DNA of 64,000 nt, from the NCBI RefSeq assembly GCF_009914755.1, contig NC_060927.1, one strand, 5' to 3'. The notes beneath the pieces were generated by a model that saw only the letters and a program-made list of their open reading frames with translations, searched no databases and was not told where the DNA came from. Origin of the DNA: the human T2T-CHM13v2.0 reference genome, Homo sapiens. Shown here in pieces: positions 55,060 to 64,000 of the stretch. Position numbers and translations under genes: made by a program. How positions within the stretch are numbered: position 1 is the stretch's first letter; each line of letters starts with the position of its first letter.

Positions 55060-55288
55060 TCACAAGTCTTTTATTTATTTATTTATTTTGAGACAGAATT
55101 TCGCTCTGTTGCCCAGGCTGGAGTGCAGTGGTATGATCTTGGCTAACTGCAACCTCTACCACCTGGGTTCAAGTGATTCTCCTGTCTCTCAGCCTCCTGA
55201 GTATTGGAACTACAGGCGTGCACCACCATGCTCAGTTAATTTATTGTTTTTAGTAGAGATGGTTAAATTTTGTATTTCTAGGTTTTAG

Positions 55289-55402
<114 letters not shown>

Positions 55403-56599
55403 TAATACAGAATTTACAGCTTACAACATTCGATTTCTGTTACTAATCCTTTAAATTATTTCTAAATCTTGAAATGAGTTGAGGATTAAAACACATACAC
55501 TCGTATGTGTGTACACACACACACACATTCACATATGCAAACACTCTGAAATCCCAAATGCTAAAACTCAGCCAGGTTAGCAGATATTCTGAATGTATTT
55601 TAGTTCTTGGTACGACTAAAATTGTTGGTTGCTGAACTACATGGAATAATTCCAGGACAAGAACCATAAATGTGATGCTAACAGTAATGGACCAGTTACA
55701 GAAAGATATGCTTCATGTTCTGTTCAGTTAAATTGCGCTGAGACTAATCCTCTTATCTCAAGGCATTATAAATATGGATAGTAATGGGTCTTTCCATGAA
55801 TGTGTACTTTAAAAAAGTCTCTTTGCCATAAACAGGCAGCTAGAACTCTACAAAAGTATGAAAATATCTTTCTAAGTTTTAGGAGAACCCTTCTCAGAAA
55901 CAGTCACATTTTGATTATTCAGAAGCTCATTATTGACTTTTGGGGATTCATTTTTCCAATTTTTCTTCCATTCTTTCTTTGGTGCTGCCTACATGGTAAT
56001 TTTAGCTCTAGGAAAAAGAAAGAAGGAAAGTCAATTACATTCAGGGCACTTTGGTTGAATGGTTGGGATGGGAGCCTATACTGGCAGACTTGGCTAGAAT
56101 GAGGTTTCAGGATTAACTGAATTCCCTCAATGTAGTATATGCTCAGTGTCCCTCTCTCCTGGAGGCAATCAAAATTTGATGACTTATTTCTTTGGAGCTC
56201 TAAGAAAAAGTGTTTGAATCTAAGAGCAGAGAAGTATGTCAACCTATCATTGCAGCTGACTTTACAGTGATTCTCCTATGTCTCCAAAAGACACTTAGAG
56301 CAAGGATGGCAGCAGAGGTTATAACAGATATGCTGAGACTCCTGTGCTTTAAAATCTGATCATGCAATGCTGAAATTGTATTCTGATAGGTTAAGCATAT
56401 TAAATTTCAAGGTTATAAGTAAAGTATCAACTCTGGAAAATTGAATTTAGAAACAGTAGCTCCACCTTAGGGAGAGAAAACAGAGTAAGACTGAAAGCTG
56501 AAAATGTCTAATTTTATGATTGTTACTCAGAATTGATTTTTAATTTGGCTTGATCTTTTCACAAGTCTATTTTGCAAAATTTGATCAATTTAGTTACCA

Positions 56600-57110
56600 G
56601 TGTAAACTACATTTATTTTGCTCACTTGACAAGTATTTACTAAGGGCCTATAGTGCATGCCAGGTTCTGTGCCAGTGTTTGGGGAGATAAAGATGAACCT
56701 GGGTCTTAAGAGGTAGTGCAGTTGCGAGGAGTGACTGATGCATAAAGGAAGAATTCAACATAATAGGAAGAATTAGAAGAAGTATTTAAAGGGTGTTTTG
56801 GAGGTTGAAAGAATTTAACTCCCTGTAGGAAATGGTGGTGGTAGACAAGGAAAAAAAAAAAAAGAATTTCTTAAGGGGCAGAGACTAGAGCTGAATTCAA
56901 AAGGATGAGTGGAAATTTGCCAAAGGAAAGTAAAGGGAGATAGGAAGGCATTCAGCAGAAAGACAAGTATATCAAAAAGGCATGGAGGCTTGAGAAAGAC
57001 TAGGATGCATCATCAGGGAAGGAGGAGTTATTTCAGTATGACCGCAGGGTGAGTGTGGAAAGAGCCTAGAGTGATAAGCCAGGGCTTGCATGTCCTGTCA
57101 AGGGGCTTGC
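56600..57110 (-). mobile_element. L2 LINE 3' remnant
   Basis: AAGTATTTACTAAGGGCCTATAGTGCATGCCAGGTTCTGTGCC...GAAGGCATTCAGCAGAAAG...CAAAAAGGCATGGAGGC. Confidence 0.6.
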
Positions 57111-57378
57111 TATACAATAGCAGTGGTAACAATAGCAAAAATATAAATAGCAAAATGGAGTCTGTCAGACACTCTTTTATATAGTTTGCATATATATTAA
57201 CTCATCCATTGAGGTAGAAACTTCTTATTTCCACTTTAAAGTTGATGAAACAAAGGCTTAAAAATGTAAGTACGATGCCCAGTATAGAGCTAAGGCCAGA
57301 CTCCCCACCACCCCATTATGCACCTCCTCCGTAGCTGGCAGGGGGCTGGCTAAGATGTTAAGCAGGGGAGATGGCTAA

Positions 57379-57754
<376 letters not shown>

Positions 57755-59166
57755 TGATTCTTTAATCATTCACTCCTTCATTTACCCATTCAATAACGTT
57801 TTATCTAACATCTAGGTCCTAGGGATTCCCACATAAAGGAAACCTGGTCCTAGCCTCACTGTGCTAGTTTATATTTAATGAAATTAAAATGTGAATTTTC
57901 AAGGCCTTCCTATGCTCTTTCCCCAGGCTGCATACTGATTCTTAAAACAGAAGAACATATGGCATGAGGATGAAGAGTGGACAAGAGGTCAAAGTAGCTG
58001 AAATATATAAAATGCTAAAAGTGTAACAAAACTGATTTCAACCAAGCACTTGATCTCAACCAAACAAAAATGTATGCACAAAAGAAATATGTCAAAATAA
58101 TACAATTTATGCTCTAATATTGAGATTATGGATCTTTTTGATTTGTTGTACTTGTATGCATTTTCTAAATTTTCTACAATTAATAAGCATTACCTTTAAC
58201 AACAGGAAAAAAAACGTCGTTGTCTTTAGTAGCAAGCCTTTGCTGTTCTAGATAAGGCAATTAGAAATTTTCAACATTCACTGAGCTTTATCCAGTGGGA
58301 AAAATGCCCAAGTGTTTTTGTAATGGATGAAAAGTGATCAGCAAAATGTTTTTATTCTCTCTCTCTCTCTCTCTTTTTTTTTTTTTTGAGACAAGTTCTC
58401 ACTCTGTTATCCAGGCTGGAATACAGTGGCACAATCATGGCTCACTGCAGCCTTGACCTCATGGGTTCCAGTGATCCTCCTGCCTTGCCATTCCAAGTAG
58501 CTAGGACCACAGGCATGTACCCAGCTAGTTTTTTTAATTTTTTGTAGAGATAGGGTCTCTACATTGCCCGGGGTGGTCTCGAACTCCTAGGCTCAAGTGA
58601 TCCACCTGTCTCAGCCTCCCCAAATGCCAGGATTACAGGTGTCATCTACCATGCCCAGCCATTTTTATTATCTTGATGCAGTTTTGAAGAGGTAAATTTT
58701 AATGAATATACTGATTTTTTCTTTATTTTTCTGATTTAAAACTAATTCAAGCTTCCTGTTAAAAAATTGGAAAAGTATAACTTAGAAAGCAAAAGCTTTT
58801 CCAATCTCACTCTCAGAAATAATAAATATTTATACTATGCTATATTTTTATATTTCTTCCTATGAGTACATTTCATATACATAAGCACATAATAAAGTTA
58901 AAAACAATAATACTATATTGACTGTTCTGTGCCTTCTTTTAACATTTAACAACATTAGACTGTTTTCATGTTAGCTAAGGAAGGCTAGCCTATTCTTGTC
59001 AATGGCTGTACAATATCCTATCATATGAATGATTTGTAATTTATATAATGAATTCCTATTCAAGTATATTTGGGCAGTTTCCAGTTTCCTACTATTAGAA
59101 ATAATGATGTAAAATATGTTTTTATAGATATCTTTTCCTATTTCAATAAAATCTTCCAAAGAATAG

Positions 59167-59304
<138 letters not shown>

Positions 59305-59530
59305 TGATCCGCCCACCTCAGCCTCCTGAGTAGCTGGGACTACAGGCGTGCACCATCATGCCTGGCTAATTTTTTTTATGGTTTGTAGGAACAGGGTTTC
59401 ACCATGTTGCCCAGGCTGGTCTCAATCTCCTGGGCTCAAGCAATCCACCTGTCCTCAGCCTCCCAAAGTACCATGCCCGACCTTTAGGTGTACTCTTCAT
59501 TTTAATGGAAATGGCCAAATTGCCTTCCTA

Positions 59531-59971
<441 letters not shown>

Positions 59972-60687
59972 CTAATAAGGTCTTGGTTAAGAAATGGGGT
60001 AAGAGGGAAGATAAAAATAAACATGATTGCATAGTCTTGCAATAACCCTATTTTTTAATAGGATTACTAATGTTTGGCTCACTTGTCTTTCCACATTTAT
60101 TTAAAGTACAAAGACATGAGTACTTACTAGAAAAGAAAAGGGAGCCCCATGAAGCCTACTAAAGCCTTACAGAGCCATTTTCTTCTCCATTTTGTTATGT
60201 TTGTTATGTTATCTACTCCTGATAAGCTGGAGCAGGGGAGGTCCTAACTGATTTGGTACTCAGGTCAGTATCTCTTGACTAATTCCAAAGATGTTTTATT
60301 TAAAGAATCAAAATAAACCTAGGTTTTATCGTGGGGCCAGATCTAATATAGAGCAACACCCAGGAGGCTTATGGTCATCTTTTTTGGCTTTATTATTTAA
60401 TGATATGGTATATGTCTTGAACAGCATTTTCTTGCTTTCTTTCTGCTTTTTTTTTTTTTTTTTTTTTTTGAGATGGAGTGTTGTTGTCGCCAGGCTGGAG
60501 TGCAGTTGCGCAATCTCAGCTCACTGCAACCTCCGCCTCCCAAGTTCCCAAGGCAATTCTCCTGCCTCAGCCTCCCCGTCCCGAGTAGCTGGGACTACAG
60601 GCACGCACCACCACGCCCAGCTAATTTTTGTATTTTTAGTAGAGACCGGGTTTCACCATATTGGCCAGGATGGTATCAATCTCCTAA

Positions 60688-61059
<372 letters not shown>

Positions 61060-61505
61060 TGAGCCACTGTGCCTGGCCTGAACAGCATTTTCAAAAGTGT
61101 GGTAGGCAGTCCATTAATAAGTATTGCTTTAAAAAAGAATTTCACATACAGATAAGTTTGGAAAGTATTAGGTTAAACCAAATCAAATAAGTTAATTTAT
61201 TGCAGGACTTCTTGAAGCCTTTATTATTTGTTTTTCTTTTTAGAGGCAGGTCTCGCTCTGTCATCCAGGTGGGAGTGCGGTGGCATGATGATTGCTCACT
61301 GCAGCCTCAAACTCCTGGGCTCAAGTGATCCTCCCACCTCTGCCTCCTGAGCAGCTAGGACTACAGGCACACACTAACTTATTGGCTATTTTAAAAATTT
61401 TCTGTAGACACAGGGTCTTGCTATGTTGCCCATGCTGATCTTGAACACCTGCCCTCAAGTGATCCTCTTACTGGGCCTCCCAAAGTGTTGCGATTACAGG
61501 TGTGA

Positions 61506-61694
<189 letters not shown>

Positions 61695-62578
61695 TAGAGA
61701 CGGGGTTTCACCATGTTGTCCAGTCTGGTCTGGAACTCCTGGGATCAAGCGATCTGCGCATCTCAGCCTCCCAAAGTGCTGGGATTAGAAGCATGAGCCA
61801 CCATGCCCTGCTCCAAATTGCTTTTTATAGTACTTTAGGAAACAGTAATAAGTAACATCAAGGGATTTAAGGCATGCTCAGTCTCTCCAAGGTCCCTGAC
61901 ATCTTTTAGAAATATTATGTCTTACAAAGTATCATCAGACACATTACCTTTAAATTAAACACAACACATACCATCACATAAAGGATAAGGGTAATAAATA
62001 AACAAATAAATAAACACAACACATACTACACACATACAAATGAAAAAATCCTTAAGACTTAGGACTTTTAGGCCACAGGAAGGTATATTTGCTAAGTATT
62101 TTACGATAATGCAGCACTCATCACAGACCCTGACCCTTAATAGGAATGCAATGATGTTTTAATTGAATGAATGAAGACAGACAAATACGGTTTCTGGGGC
62201 CAGACTACATAGATCTGATCACTCCAGTACTAATAAACTATTCAAGCTTGGCCAAATTGTTTAACCTATTTATGCCGCCAGTTCCTTATTTGTTGAAGTA
62301 GTAATAAATAACTGTGTAAGTTGCTGTGGGTGTTAAATGAGCTAATAACACACACAAAAATCAGTGCTTTCTATGTGTTGAGTTCTTTATTGTTTCTTTT
62401 AGAGACAGGGTCTTGCTCTGTTGTCCAGGCTGGGGTGCAGTGACATGATCATGGCTTACTGTAACCTCAAACTCCTGTGCTCAAGTGATCTTCTTGCCCC
62501 AGCCTCCTGAGTAGCTAGAACCACAGGCACATGCCACCATGCCCAGCTAAGGGTGAGCTCTTAAGAGTTGAGTTGCTA

Positions 62579-62707
62579 TCCTCCTCCTCCTTCTCCTCCT
62601 CCTCCTCCTCCCCTCCTCCTTCTCCTCTTCCCCTCCTCCTCCCCTCCTCCTTCTCCTCCTCCCCTCCTCCTCTCCTCCTCCTCCTCCTCCTCCTCCTCTT
62701 CCTTCCC
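62579..62707. repeat. Pure polypyrimidine (CCT)n-rich tract
   Basis: 129 nt containing only C and T. Confidence 0.95.
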
Positions 62708-63641
62708 ACCTCTGCAGAAAAGGGAGCTGAGGCTGTCTGTGGTCTCTACCACAGAGCACCTCATAAGCCCTACTTGCTTTTCCACATTTTCTGTCTTTTC
62801 ATTATTACCATATTTATATACACATCAAAAGAGAAAAGATGGCCAATACTATTTTAATTTGCCAAGCCTGTCTTCAGATTGCTGATTTAAAAAAAAGGGG
62901 GTGTGGTGGTCCATGTTGGCTGATTACTAAAATCACAGATATGGTCAAGGGCACCTCCAAGAATAATAACCTGGGGCAAGCCTACAGTCCTGCTTCATGC
63001 ATTTAGGCTTTTTCTAGCAGGAGCAGGTTGCCCAAGGTAGACCACAGCCATGTTGAATGCTTCCCGGGTTCCCCAGTATCAGTTTCGGCATTTCCACATC
63101 ACCACACCTGGCACAGGTGGTTGTTTTGTGAAGGCAAGGTGTGCCCCTCTGCATTCTCACTGAGGAAGCCAAACAGGTTCAGGGGCCCTCGCTTGAACAA
63201 CAATCCAGACAGCAGCATGCACTCTCCTCTGAAATGCTTGACCCACAGTTCCTACCTAGGGGCAGTTCCTACCTAGTTTTCTTACAGGTTCTCTTCCAGC
63301 ATGAGTGCTAGTGCACTCCTGAAATATCCCTCTAGAAGTGCTGCTTTGTCCCGAGTCCAGCCCATAAAAGTCATCTGGCCCCTAATGTACAGAAGCACCT
63401 TATTAACTACCATGGGCTAAGAGCATCACCATGTACAACAACGTTCAGAATTAAAGGAAAGAGGGAGTTTAAACTCAGGATGTCATGGATATGCCTCCCC
63501 CATGAATAGACACGTGATGCCAGAGTCCATGACGTTAACCACCACACTTGCTGCCTGTCATTGAGCATGTCTATGACATTAACCACTGCAACCTCTGCCT
63601 CCTGGGCTCAAGCGATCCTCCCACCTCAGCCTCCCAAGTAG

Positions 63642-63836
<195 letters not shown>

Positions 63837-63839
63837 TGA

Positions 63840-63998
<159 letters not shown>

Positions 63999-64000
63999 TT

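Noticed and set aside
62515-62885. Poly-Glu/Arg/Gly/Pro ORFs in several frames
   Set aside because: Artefact of the stop-free (CCT)n tract.

Overview
Primate (human or great-ape-like) genomic DNA from the interior of FRMD4B (FERM domain-containing 4B), which runs on the minus strand. Five short coding exons (33031-33087, 32214-32236, 7609-7692, 4848-4913, 1310-1367) have canonical AG/GT ends. They splice in frame into a FERM-domain segment: GQIEVESETIFKLAAFILQ-EAKGDYTS-DENARKDLKTLPAFPTKTLQEHPSLAYC-EDRVIEHYLKIKGLTRGQAVVQ-YMKIVEALPTYGVHYYAVK. The rest is intron. It holds about 70 Alu copies or fragments (manual count), a full solo LTR12 (ERV9) antisense to the gene, a retroposed 5S rRNA pseudogene, L1/L2/MIR remnants, DNA-transposon fossils and microsatellites. 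Nearly all ORFs in the supplied track are repeat-derived or chance ORFs. I cannot establish a new biological system from sequence alone. The best leads are: (1) a repeat-poor 31-36.8 kb block with candidate alternative N-terminal or cassette exons in frame with FRMD4B, plus candidate antisense exons; (2) candidate poison exons; (3) a window-scale flip in Alu orientation across that block; (4) Alus carrying fold-back templated-insertion scars. Repeat family names and most repeat boundaries are by-eye recognition and approximate.
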